Source: Promethearchaeota archaeon (GTDB taxonomy: Archaea; Asgardarchaeota; Lokiarchaeia; Sigyniarchaeales; SOKP01). Taken from it: a stretch of 64,000 nucleotides of DNA. Positions within the stretch are counted from its first letter, which is position 1; each line of letters begins with the position of its first letter. Shown here in pieces: positions 8,510-17,819 of the stretch. The DNA lies in assembly GCA_019058445.1 (NCBI GenBank), contig JAHPZA010000006.1, forward strand, positions 640,001-704,000, written 5' to 3'. A program made the translations under genes and the position numbers. Below the pieces are notes generated by a model. It was given only the letters and a program-made list of their open reading frames with translations. It made no database searches and was not told where the DNA came from.

Positions 8510-8808
8510 TAACAATCGAGGAAAAGACATTTATTGATTCAAAAATTGCAGAATCAATAGGATAAATATATTTTAAACAGTATAGACAAAATTCTTTGAG
8601 GGAAAAATTAAAATTACATATAATTTTTAAAAAAAATTGAACTAGGTAAGAAGATAGCAAAAATTACTTAATCTTTAACGTCAAATTATTTAAATAGTAG
8701 TGAAAACATTAATTTTTAGGATTAGTTCTATATTTAATGATCTACCTATCAGCATCATTATCATTACTTGATATTTCTTATTAAAATAATGAGGTTAATT
8801 TAATAACT

Positions 8809-9207
8809 ATGGCTAAACAAAAATATCTAATTCTAATTAGTGGCTCGATGAGATTTAAAGAAGAAATGACTTTATTATCAACCAAATTAAGAGAATTTGG
8901 AAACAATAAAATTATTGAACCAAGCGATGATATATATTATCAAGGCATCGGTCTTATCGAAAAAGCAAAGAATCATAAAATTTTTGAAAAACTCATTGAA
9001 AATGCTGATTTACTCTTAGTGTATAATAAAGAAGGGTATATTGGTCTTTCTTCAGCAATGGAAATACAAAAAGCTTTAGATTGTAAAGTTCCTGTGAGGC
9101 TTTTGTTTGAACCTGAAGCAATAGAGTTCAAGGCATTTTGTTTGCATCCAGAGTATGATTTTAAAGTAGATGAGAGAAATTTCTTCTTTTCAGAAAAACT
9201 ATACTAA
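8809..9207 (+). CDS. Nucleoside 2-deoxyribosyltransferase-like / flavodoxin-like fold hypothetical protein
   Basis: ILISGSMRF...KLIENADLLLVYNKEGYIGLSSAMEI pattern. Confidence 0.6.
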   Translation: MAKQKYLILISGSMRFKEEMTLLSTKLREFGNNKIIEPSDDIYYQGIGLIEKAKNHKIFEKLIENADLLLVYNKEGYIGLSSAMEIQKALDCKVPVRLLFEPEAIEFKAFCLHPEYDFKVDERNFFFSEKLY

Positions 9208-9293
9208 TGTAATTTTATAAATCTTACGCTCTTTAAACATTACGTTGGAGCATTTAGAGCACTTAATCTCATAGATGCTTATATTGAGGACAT

Positions 9294-9328
9294 ATTTTAT
9301 ATATTTATAAAAGATCTAAGTCGAGGGA
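9294..9328. repeat. 35-bp exact copy of 12610-12644 (3' end of the amidohydrolase gene)
   Basis: attttatatatttataaaagatctaagtcgaggga occurs at both positions. Confidence 0.9.
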
Positions 9329-9543
9329 TGTCTCCTTTTAAATGACTGTTATATCTAGTTTTGGGAATTGTTTCTTGAGCTCTTGAATTTTATCAAATAA
9401 AGGAGAGTTTTTTGGAATAAAAGAGATGAAGTACTATTTCACAAAGAATCTTAAAAATCCTTTTTTTTTAATTTTTCTTTTTAATTTAGAAGATGTTTTT
9501 ATACTATTAAGGAGCTTTATAAGGTAAATAATCTATTTGATTT

Positions 9544-10086
9544 GTGATGCACGGATTCGTATCACTTTTAGATGAAAAATATTCGGGAAGAATTGAGAAA
9601 TTATGGGATTTAATTGAAACTAAAACGGGTCTTTCGGGGATCAAAATAGTTCCCTATCCACATTTCGCTTGGCATGTTGCTGGGAATTATGATTTCAACA
9701 AATTAGAAAAGATAATGAAAGATTTAAGTGAGAGTATACCATCTTTCGAGATTAGAACGGCGGGCTTAGGGATTTTTGCTGGTAGATCACCAGTATTATA
9801 TTTAAAAATAGTCAATACCATTGAGTTACTCAAGATTCATTCAAAAATTTATCAAAATGCACAGACTATTGCGGAGTATTCAAATACTTTATATGCACCT
9901 AATAACTGGGTTCCTCACATCTCACTCGCATTGGGTGATCTCACAAAGGAAAATATTGGAGCGGTGATTAAATTAGTAGCTTTTAAGAGTTTTTACTGGA
10001 AAATTCGAATAAATAATTTATCATTTATTTATGGGCCAGCTGGAGAAATTGGAAAACTTAAATTCAAATTTTTATTGAAAGAATAA
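9544..10086 (+). CDS. 2H phosphoesterase (2'-5' RNA ligase superfamily)
   Basis: Two HxT/S-like motifs, PYPHFAW and WVPHISL. Confidence 0.8.
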   Translation: MMHGFVSLLDEKYSGRIEKLWDLIETKTGLSGIKIVPYPHFAWHVAGNYDFNKLEKIMKDLSESIPSFEIRTAGLGIFAGRSPVLYLKIVNTIELLKIHSKIYQNAQTIAEYSNTLYAPNNWVPHISLALGDLTKENIGAVIKLVAFKSFYWKIRINNLSFIYGPAGEIGKLKFKFLLKE

Positions 10087-10123
10087 TTGCATTGGAATCC
10101 TATTACTAAGAAGGTGGAAGAAT

Positions 10124-10828
10124 ATGGAATTGTTAAGAGATATTTTAGATAATAATGAGAAAATATTCTGGATAAAAGAATTGAGTCGAAGAACTATATT
10201 ACCTTTTTATTATGATAAGAAAGGAAAAAAAAGAAAGGCAAACAAAAGAATTCAGAAGTATTATGAAGCAATGAAAGTACCTCGCTCTGATAAAATTTTA
10301 GAAGACTACCCTATTATTCTTACTCTTACCAATAAACACATCATTAGACATGAAGTTAATAGATATGATTATCCTTTATGGTATGGGAAATACGATATTT
10401 CCCATATTTACGAATACCGTAAAGAATTTTGCTTCTATAATTTGAGTGAATTAACAAATATATGTAAAAATATTAATCCTAAAAAAAAGAGATATGAGCT
10501 TGGGCTTTATTTTGATTTAAATGAAAGAATTTATGGTGATGATGCCCCAAATGTTTGGTTAGATAACTTATCGAAAAAAGATTACATAGAAATTCTAAAG
10601 TTTTTATTAAGAATTGTTCCCCATGTAAAAATCGATTATCTTTTCAAAAAACAAAAGAAATATGAAAACGATCTCTATAACGAAACAACTAAAGATGTCT
10701 TACCATCATATTTAGTAAAAGAAGAAATAAAAAGGACTCAAACATGTAAATTCTGTAATAAGAAAGTGGATGCGGATACAATCTTCTGTCCCAACTGTGG
10801 AAATAAAATTGAATTTAATCATAAATAA
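10124..10828 (+). CDS. Hypothetical protein with C-terminal zinc ribbon
   Basis: CKFCNKKVDADTIFCPNCG at the C-terminus. Confidence 0.75.
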   Translation: MELLRDILDNNEKIFWIKELSRRTILPFYYDKKGKKRKANKRIQKYYEAMKVPRSDKILEDYPIILTLTNKHIIRHEVNRYDYPLWYGKYDISHIYEYRKEFCFYNLSELTNICKNINPKKKRYELGLYFDLNERIYGDDAPNVWLDNLSKKDYIEILKFLLRIVPHVKIDYLFKKQKKYENDLYNETTKDVLPSYLVKEEIKRTQTCKFCNKKVDADTIFCPNCGNKIEFNHK

Positions 10829-10877
10829 AAAGTAAATAGATACAAACAAATTAATACAAAAAAAGCAAATAATACAT

Positions 10878-10980
10878 ATGGAAGAAGTAGCTCAAGAAAT
10901 GGGAACATGTGAAAAGTGCGGGGCAGACATCAATCTTGCTGAAGCGTGGAGAGTTGATGAGTAATTTTACTGCTAAAAAG
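10878..10980 (+). pseudogene. Inactivated copy of the zinc-finger microprotein at 15097-15222
   Basis: MEEVAQEMGTCEKCGADINLAEAWRVDE*FYC* versus the intact MNEVIQERGTCEECGAEIDLAEAWRVDEKFYCEKC. Upstream sequence is also conserved. Confidence 0.85.
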
Positions 10981-11274
10981 CATAATAGATTTTTTTATAA
11001 CAAGTCAAAAAAGTATGTTTGGAGAAGAAAGCCTTTTAAAATCAAGAATGGAAAAAAAAAAGAAAAAATTATTTCAAAAACTTCCAATGACCTATTGGTT
11101 AGCGATTCTCATTTGTGTACTACTTTTTTTAATCTTCGGGGGTTTTCTATGTATATTAGAGATATGTCCGTAAGAGAAAGATTGAGGAAAAAGCAAAAGA
11201 TGGTCTGAGTTATTGTTTTACCACCTGTATTTACTTTATTTATTATGGGAATGGATAGTCATAGTGAAATATGA

Positions 11275-11508
11275 ATGACTGAAAAGAAAGAATCGTTTAC
11301 TACAAAGGAAAAAATCTCAGTCGGTATATATGGTTTAGTAGTAATGATAGCTGTAATAGGACTTCTTTTAAGGGGAAATACAAATTATGATGAACCTTCC
11401 ATTAAGATCTTACTCGCATTAATATTTATTCTTACTCCTATATGTATTTATATTATTCTTGATGGTCTTATAAGTCTTAGGAAAGAAAAACAACGAGATT
11501 CAGAATAG
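11275..11508 (+). CDS. Small two-TM membrane protein
   Basis: Two hydrophobic helices, ATG start. Confidence 0.6.
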   Translation: MTEKKESFTTKEKISVGIYGLVVMIAVIGLLLRGNTNYDEPSIKILLALIFILTPICIYIILDGLISLRKEKQRDSE

Positions 11509-11519
11509 AGAAAAATTAG

Positions 11520-11613
11520 AAAAGAACTGTACCTTAACGAGAATAAAATAGAAACTATACCAGATTCAATTAAGAAGCTTGTCTCTTTAAAAAAATTACA
11601 TCTAATTATTTGA
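11520..11613 (+). pseudogene. Leucine-rich-repeat gene fragment
   Basis: Translates to KELYLNENKIETIPDSIKKLVSLKKLHL, an LxxLxLxxNxIxxIP LRR unit with no start codon. Confidence 0.7.
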
Positions 11614-11707
11614 ATTGTTAAGTTCTTCTGGAATATAAAAAAGGAAAAATATAGAAAATCCATACATTTTAAAATCCAAATGAGTATGATCATATTAGAA
11701 ATTCTAA

Positions 11708-12433
11708 ATGTTTTCAGAAAAAGAACATAAAAGGTATATTATAGCTAATAATTTTCGGAATGAAAAAAAGAAAGAAATTCTAATAAATTGCCCTCAAAAA
11801 TGCGTTATCTGTTGTACAACAAATATCGAAGGAGATTTGAAAGTAGTTTCAGATATGGGGTACAAATCAAGATATATAAAAGTACCTCTCTGTAGCACAC
11901 ACTATAAAATACACAGAAAAACTACAGATTCGAAGATGCTATCTTATCCGTGCCTAATAATGTTTGGAATTATGTGTTTGGCTATATTTATTTACTTATT
12001 AATTCCCAATTATGTTTTATTTGCTATAATATCATTTTCAAGTCTTTTTTACTTTGCTTATACAGTATTTAGCAAAAATAAACTTAAATCAAGCATTATA
12101 GGATATATTTACTTTCGGTATTCCAAAAATGGATCTGTTATTGCCATAAGGGATTTGAATTGGGCAAAAGATTTCGAAAGAATGAATGAAATCCGTGAAT
12201 TATCTTTTGATTCTAAATCCTATGAACAATATAGAAAAAAGAGCCTCTATAGTTTTATTATTATGATACTTTCTGGTATTTTTCCCCTTCCTATCTTGGT
12301 CGTAGCATTTATCTATGGAATAGATGAGCTATATTCTACAACTCAACTGATTGGAATTGTTTTTATACTCGTGTTTGGCATTCGGGGGATTTATTTCTAT
12401 ATTAAGGCAGATTTATTGAAGGGAACTAAATAA
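11708..12433 (+). CDS. Membrane protein with N-terminal CxxC...CxxH zinc-binding region
   Basis: PQKCVICC...VPLCSTH plus four TM segments. Confidence 0.7.
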   Translation: MFSEKEHKRYIIANNFRNEKKKEILINCPQKCVICCTTNIEGDLKVVSDMGYKSRYIKVPLCSTHYKIHRKTTDSKMLSYPCLIMFGIMCLAIFIYLLIPNYVLFAIISFSSLFYFAYTVFSKNKLKSSIIGYIYFRYSKNGSVIAIRDLNWAKDFERMNEIRELSFDSKSYEQYRKKSLYSFIIMILSGIFPLPILVVAFIYGIDELYSTTQLIGIVFILVFGIRGIYFYIKADLLKGTK

Positions 12434-12612
12434 AGCTATAATTAGATTAAAAAAGAAATAAAGGGAGATAAATGGATATCTGAAAACATTATAAAATGAT
12501 CCTATGGCTTACTGGTCTATTCACCCTCTCGAGCACTTAATGATCTTTTCGTCGAGAAATCTGAGATCTTCGCTCGCAAATTGAACAGATAGAATTTGCG
12601 AACAGAAAAATT

Positions 12613-13551
12613 TTATATATTTATAAAAGATCTAAGTCGAGGGAACAGTGTCAATGCATTTTTTTGTTCAATCATAAAACGTGTATTTAAGTCAAAATCT
12701 TGGTTTTTTACAATCTCTTGGATCATTTCTTTTACTACGATTTCATGAACAAAAGGAAAATCGCTTCCAAAAAGGATATGAGAAATATCAACTAATTCCA
12801 TAAGGGAGCGAAACACATTTTTAGTTGCCGATAATGCGGTACTATAATAGAGATTTTTAAAGTATTTATTCAATCTCTTATTACCAAAGGTAATCCTCCA
12901 AGCGATATAGGGAGCAGTTCCTCCGGCATGAGCAAAGATGAATTTTATATTTTTGTATTTTTGAAAAACATTATTGTATAGCAGATTTGCGAGTGCTCGT
13001 GTCGTATCAAACACAAATTCTAAAACAGCCGATGGAAAACTGAGGCTGGGGAGCTTTTCCTGGGGCGGAGAATTAGGATGAATGAATACCACAGTATTTC
13101 GTCGATCCAATGCTGAGAAGAGATCTTCAAATTCAGGATCCCCAATATATTTACCATTAATGTTAGTAAGCATTCCCACACCATCTAATTTTAATGTACC
13201 TAATGCATACTCTAATTCATGCAGAGAAGCTTCAATATCAGGAAGGGGTAAGATAGCTAAACTTCCAAAACGATTTGGATATTTCTTTATTAAGTTAGCG
13301 GAATACCTATTGCAAAGACGTGCTAAATTTTTAGTAAATTCAATATCTCCAAAGAAAATCCCAGGAGAAGAGATAGAGGTTATTGCGATTGCAATATTTT
13401 GGCGATCCATGAGTGCTAAACTTTGTTCTGGATTCCAGGGAGGGAAATTGGTATTATCAACGGTAACAATATCAATTTTCGCTAACGATGAGAGATACTC
13501 CGGAGGAAGAATATGATGATGAATATCAATTCGATACGGTGCTATATCCAT
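12613..13551 (-). CDS. Amidohydrolase-2 family metal-dependent decarboxylase/hydratase (ACMSD-like)
   Basis: RIDIHHHILP, VFIHP, AHAGG, ILFGSDFPF. Confidence 0.9.
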   Translation of the reverse strand: MDIAPYRIDIHHHILPPEYLSSLAKIDIVTVDNTNFPPWNPEQSLALMDRQNIAIAITSISSPGIFFGDIEFTKNLARLCNRYSANLIKKYPNRFGSLAILPLPDIEASLHELEYALGTLKLDGVGMLTNINGKYIGDPEFEDLFSALDRRNTVVFIHPNSPPQEKLPSLSFPSAVLEFVFDTTRALANLLYNNVFQKYKNIKFIFAHAGGTAPYIAWRITFGNKRLNKYFKNLYYSTALSATKNVFRSLMELVDISHILFGSDFPFVHEIVVKEMIQEIVKNQDFDLNTRFMIEQKNALTLFPRLRSFINI

Positions 13552-13709
13552 TATAAAGACATTTTGAACTTTTCAATTGTTAAGCTTTTTAATACTATTA
13601 TATGATAATTGTTTTTAATCTTATAAAAAGTGATATTTAAGGTTTCATTGAAAGAATGAGACTTCTCCACTCTAATACTCGAAAAATGTTTGAAATAGCC
13701 TTAGACGTA

Positions 13710-13803
13710 TAAATTCTGTGATAACAAAGTGGATGCGGATGCAATCTTCTGTCCCAACTGTGGAAATAAAATTGAATTTAATCTTAAAAAAAAATAAATA
13801 GAT
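13710..13803 (+). repeat. Duplicate of 10747-10841 (zinc-ribbon 3' end of ORF 10124..10828)
   Basis: aaagtggatgcggat(g/a)caatcttctgtcccaactgtggaaataaaattgaatttaatc is shared nearly exactly. Confidence 0.9.
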
Positions 13804-13866
13804 GAAAATAAATTTTATAACAAATTTACAGAATTACTATCAATTAAGTATAAAAGGTCATTAGAT

Positions 13867-14967
13867 ATGCGTAAAGTTGCTGTTATAGGTGTTGGTTTGC
13901 ATCGCTATGGTAAATGGGATAATAAAACCTCGTATAGATTGGCTAAAGAAGCTATAAATGGAGCTTTGAAAACATCTGGCCTTGAATGGGATCAAATACA
14001 GAGTGGGTGGTGTGGGCACATTGGTCAAGGAATGACTGCTGGAGCAAGAATCTTTTCTCGATATGGCAAAACGGGATTATCTATAACTAATGTAGAGAAT
14101 GCCTCAGCTTCAGGTTCATATGCATTTCGAGGAGCATATTTAGAGGTTGCATCAGGAGAATTTGATATTGCGCTTGCACTTGGTATTGATAAAAGATTTA
14201 AGGGATTAAACGTGTCTAAAGAGAAAAAACCAAGCCAACCAACACTAGTTATTAAAAAATTCGCTTCGGATGCGCGAGCCCATATGAAAAAATACGGTAC
14301 CACAGAGGAACAATTAGCTATAGTATCTGTGAAAAACCATTATAATGCCTCTATGAACCCGTATGCACAATATCAAGAGGAAATAACTCTCGATGATGTG
14401 CTTAATGCACCCATATTGGATTATCCCCTAACAGCACTTCACTGCTGTCCAATTGGTGATGGTGCAGCAGCTTGTATTTTGGCAAGCGAAGATATAGTTA
14501 AGCAAATGGGAATTACCAAACCTGTATGGGTTATCACTTCTGTATCTAAGAGCGAGTTTCATCCCAAAATAGATTCTCGTGACCTTACTATGATTACTTC
14601 ACAGGAAGCTTATAAACGTGCGGGTATAGGTCCGGACGATTTGGGATTAGTAGAACTGCATGATGCGTTCGCAATTGAGGAAATCTCTATATCCGAACAA
14701 CTTGATCTTTGTCCGATAGGAAAAGGTGGCAAATTGGTGGAAGAAGGGTCCACCCAAATCAATGGGCGCATTCCAATTAATACAAGCGGCGGGTTACTAG
14801 CAATGGGTCATCCAATAGGACCTACGGGAATAGGACAGGTTGCTGAAGTTTTTTGGCAGATGCGTGGAGAAGCAGGAAAGCGACAAATACCTGATCCACC
14901 TAATCATGCCTTAACACAAATGATAGGTCTTGGGGGCACATGTATAATTCACATCTTCTCCCGTTAA
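13867..14967 (+). CDS. SCP2/SCPx-type thiolase-family protein with Ser at the catalytic Cys position
   Basis: VKNHYNASMNPYAQ, CCPIGDGAAA, VELHDAF, NTSGGLLAMGHPIGPTG; VENASASGS where VENACASG is expected. Confidence 0.9.
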   Translation: MRKVAVIGVGLHRYGKWDNKTSYRLAKEAINGALKTSGLEWDQIQSGWCGHIGQGMTAGARIFSRYGKTGLSITNVENASASGSYAFRGAYLEVASGEFDIALALGIDKRFKGLNVSKEKKPSQPTLVIKKFASDARAHMKKYGTTEEQLAIVSVKNHYNASMNPYAQYQEEITLDDVLNAPILDYPLTALHCCPIGDGAAACILASEDIVKQMGITKPVWVITSVSKSEFHPKIDSRDLTMITSQEAYKRAGIGPDDLGLVELHDAFAIEEISISEQLDLCPIGKGGKLVEEGSTQINGRIPINTSGGLLAMGHPIGPTGIGQVAEVFWQMRGEAGKRQIPDPPNHALTQMIGLGGTCIIHIFSR

Positions 14968-15096
14968 ATCCAACCTAATTTACATATAAAAGATTTGAAT
15001 ATACTTTTTGGTTTGAGAAAATTGAGTTATAAACTAATCTTTAGACAATATTAAAAGAATGCAAATAAATTAATATAAAAAAAGTAAATAAAACAT

Positions 15097-15222
15097 ATGA
15101 ACGAAGTAATTCAAGAAAGGGGAACATGTGAAGAATGCGGAGCCGAAATCGATCTTGCTGAAGCATGGAGAGTAGATGAGAAATTTTACTGCGAAAAATG
15201 TTTTAGCAAATTAGAGGTCTAA
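15097..15222 (+). CDS. CxxC-CxxC zinc-finger microprotein (41 aa)
   Basis: MNEVIQERGTCEECGAEIDLAEAWRVDEKFYCEKCFSKLEV, followed by an oligo-T terminator. A paralogous pseudogene lies at 10878. Confidence 0.8.
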   Translation: MNEVIQERGTCEECGAEIDLAEAWRVDEKFYCEKCFSKLEV

Positions 15223-15324
15223 TCTTCTTTTTTTTATTTTTTTTAGATAATAGATTAATAAGAACATATTCCTAATATAAATTTTTTAGCTAGATTTCCT
15301 CATCGAGAAACCTTTAAAATATTT

Positions 15325-15603
15325 TTAGTGAAGATGAATCTTCAACATTTTAATGAAGAAAATAAGGAGTAAAACTAATCCAATTAATATCAAGAACATC
15401 AATAGATCCCTAAAAAGTAATAAAAGCATAAATGCTATCAAGCTTATGACTCCTAAATAAAACGTGACTACTATTCTGATAGGGAAATAATCCCCCTCAC
15501 AATATTACTCAAACCATTTAAGTATGATTAAAAAAGGTGGTATGGAAATACCGTATATCAACAAACACACTACGAATAAATAAGAGAGCAATTCAGTTGT
15601 CTT
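15325..15603 (-). pseudogene. Decayed membrane-protein gene
   Basis: TTELLSYLFVVCLLIYGISIPPFLIILKWFE*YCEGDYFPIRIVVTFYLGVISLIAFMLLLLFRDLLMFLILIGLVLLLIFFIKMLKIHLH*. Three TM segments with one internal TAA. Confidence 0.5.
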
Positions 15604-15613
15604 ATAAAAGTGA

Positions 15614-16051
15614 CTATAATTTTTTTCTTAAATTTTTAGTTATTTTACTTTCATAATAAAGATAGGTTCCAATTGCATGTCCAATTAGATTTTCTTCTTC
15701 ATCCCAGCACCGCATTTCTGCTACAGCCTGCCTTTTTCCCATTCGAATGATTTTTGCGCGTGCCCAAATTATGGTTTTTTCAGCAGGACGGAGAAGATGG
15801 AAACTCATTTCTGTAGTGACTACAAAACCATTATGGGCTAGAGCGCATGTAAACCAGCCTGCATTATCTAGTACAGTGGCAATTACACCTCCATGAATCC
15901 CATCTCCGGCATGATCTAAATGAGGATTATACGGTAGGGTGATAATACCTTGATTTTTTTCGTTATATGTTAATCTCATTCCAAAATTTTTGGCAATCCT
16001 CGCCTTTTCGTTGAATAACTTCAAAAAAAATCGTTTATAATTAGTAGGCAT
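15614..16051 (-). CDS. PaaI-family (hotdog fold) thioesterase
   Basis: GIHGGVIATVLDNAG, VTTEMSFHLLRP. Confidence 0.9.
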   Translation of the reverse strand: MPTNYKRFFLKLFNEKARIAKNFGMRLTYNEKNQGIITLPYNPHLDHAGDGIHGGVIATVLDNAGWFTCALAHNGFVVTTEMSFHLLRPAEKTIIWARAKIIRMGKRQAVAEMRCWDEEENLIGHAIGTYLYYESKITKNLRKKL

Positions 16052-16300
16052 AATTGAACTTCATTACTCTTTTTTACTGAATTAAATGAGATCCTATATT
16101 ACTAATTAGTTTTCTATTGAATCAACAATTGATTCTTTTTAAGGATAACTGAACAAGAGAAATCTTATTTTAATTATAAGTAGAAATTAAAGAAATCTCA
16201 CATTTTACTTAAAATTACTCTCGATAAGGATAGAACGTTCGAATCCTATTTTCGGAGATTAAAAATAACATGAGCTTTGAGATAATGCAAAGATTTCTCA

Positions 16301-16522
16301 TTTTAAATGGAAATTTCATTATAAAATAATTTTGAACCATGTTAAGGATAAAATTAGGGAGAAGTATAGTTTAAATAGTCTGCTTAGAATAACCTAGTAA
16401 TTGAAATAAAAATTTCTGCATTATTCTGGATTTTTGTCTTTTGGTTAGTGTGAAACACTTCATACTTTTTCTTTTCAAAATTAAATTGAAATAATGTAGA
16501 GATTTTTATTTCTTCTCTTTCT
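16301..16522. repeat. Degenerate ~220-bp direct repeat, copy 1 (possible IS/transposase end relic)
   Basis: Shares tagtttaaatagtctgct...cctagtaattgaaat...ggatttttgtcttttgg with 16902-17122. Confidence 0.75.
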
Positions 16523-16721
16523 TATTTAAATCGGAAAAAAGAGGTATAAGGAACTTTTATTGGTGCTTATTTTTTTAAATTTTTTGAAAAAAAGATTTCT
16601 TTTCTTTAATAAAGGGATCTAAAAAATATGATTAAGTTATTCAGGTATAAGGTTTTAGAACAGATTTATTTAAAAAAGTTTTTACATAAATGTAATTATA
16701 AAAAATCTAAATGAATATACC

Positions 16722-16877
16722 ATGTTAGGAATGTCATTCATAATTTTAGGTAACTTTTTATTATTTTGTATGGTGGTCGCATTGTTTATCCACCCGGCTC
16801 TTGCTCTTGTTTTTTTGATACTTGGAGTTATTTGTCTTATTCTTGGAACCTGTCTCATTTCAAAAGGTTATATTTAA
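16722..16877 (+). CDS. Small two-TM membrane protein (51 aa) between the two repeats
   Basis: MLGMSFIILGNFLLFCMVVALFIHPALALVFLILGVICLILGTCLISKGYI. Confidence 0.55.
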   Translation: MLGMSFIILGNFLLFCMVVALFIHPALALVFLILGVICLILGTCLISKGYI

Positions 16878-16901
16878 TAGGGGCGTGTTTTAATTTTTTC
16901 T

Positions 16902-17122
16902 TTTTAAATTGAAATACATTATAAGTTAATATTAAAATAAGTTATAGGACATAATTAGAGAAGAGTTTAGTTTAAATAGTCTGCTCACTATTCCCTAGTA
17001 ATTGAAATGAAGATTTCTACATTGTTTGGGATTTTTGTCTTTTGGCAAGGATAGAAATGCTATTCTTTTTCAACTAATTTAAAATGGGATGATGTGAAAA
17101 TCTTTATTTCCTCTTTTTTTAG
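16902..17122. repeat. Degenerate ~220-bp direct repeat, copy 2
   Basis: See 16301-16522. The minus strand of both copies reads as a stop-containing QKTKIxNNxEIFISITR peptide. Confidence 0.75.
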
Positions 17123-17463
17123 AAAGAATTATCAGTTATAATTTCAAAAATCAGTCTTATAAATTATCGATTATAACCTTGCAGAGGAAATTCCTTAATT
17201 CCCTCAAAAAGTAAAAATATTTAAATAGAAATTCAAATATTTTGTATTTATTGAGATTAAAATCCTCACCAAAACATATTGTTTTTCGAACAAAATCCCC
17301 TACTTGGTCCCCTAACCCTTGGAAATAATTGTGTGCGAGGATTTTTTTCTCATCTTTTTTCATCCAATTAAATTATTGATCATAACTATTTTGTTCAGGA
17401 GATAAAGCTTTCTATATTTTGTCGGCAATTTATTATTATCCAAATTACCAAAATTCAATACTT

Positions 17464-17735
17464 ATGAGTTAGAAAATCTGTAGTTTCTGTGGTAAGGAAA
17501 TTCAAGAAGATTTAAAGATATGTCCCTATTGTGGAAAAACTTAGAAGAACAAGAGATTCTAGTTCCTATGAAAGGACCTCCCAGAAGTGGATATAAAACA
17601 CTAAATAGAAAAGAAAAAATTTAGATGTTTCCTCTGATCGCTGGAATAATGACAATTATGGTACTTTTTTGTCCTGCAGTATATGCTACTGAAGAAACAC
17701 CCAGCATCAATTTTTTAGCTATAGCCATCATTTGA
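17464..17735 (+). pseudogene. Decayed zinc-ribbon membrane protein gene
   Basis: MS*KICSFCGKEIQEDLKICPYCGKT* followed by the hydrophobic remnant MFPLIAGIMTIMVLFCP. Confidence 0.6.
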
Positions 17736-17819
17736 TATCTTTCAAAAAAAAGCAGGAAAAAATATAATATCATTGACGGACTATTTTTACAAGAGTTTAT
17801 TAAAAAAAGGTTTTTTAAA

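Noticed and set aside
8361-8660. 99-aa ORF upstream of actin
   Set aside because: TTG start, AT-rich low-complexity translation, and it overlaps the putative actin promoter and operator array.
10909-11208. 99-aa ORF
   Set aside because: An out-of-frame read across the microprotein pseudogene and a frameshifted membrane-gene remnant.
16228-16257. GTTCGAATCC T-arm-like sequence (tRNA or att-site relic)
   Set aside because: No acceptor, D or anticodon arms can be formed, and there is no integrase in the window.
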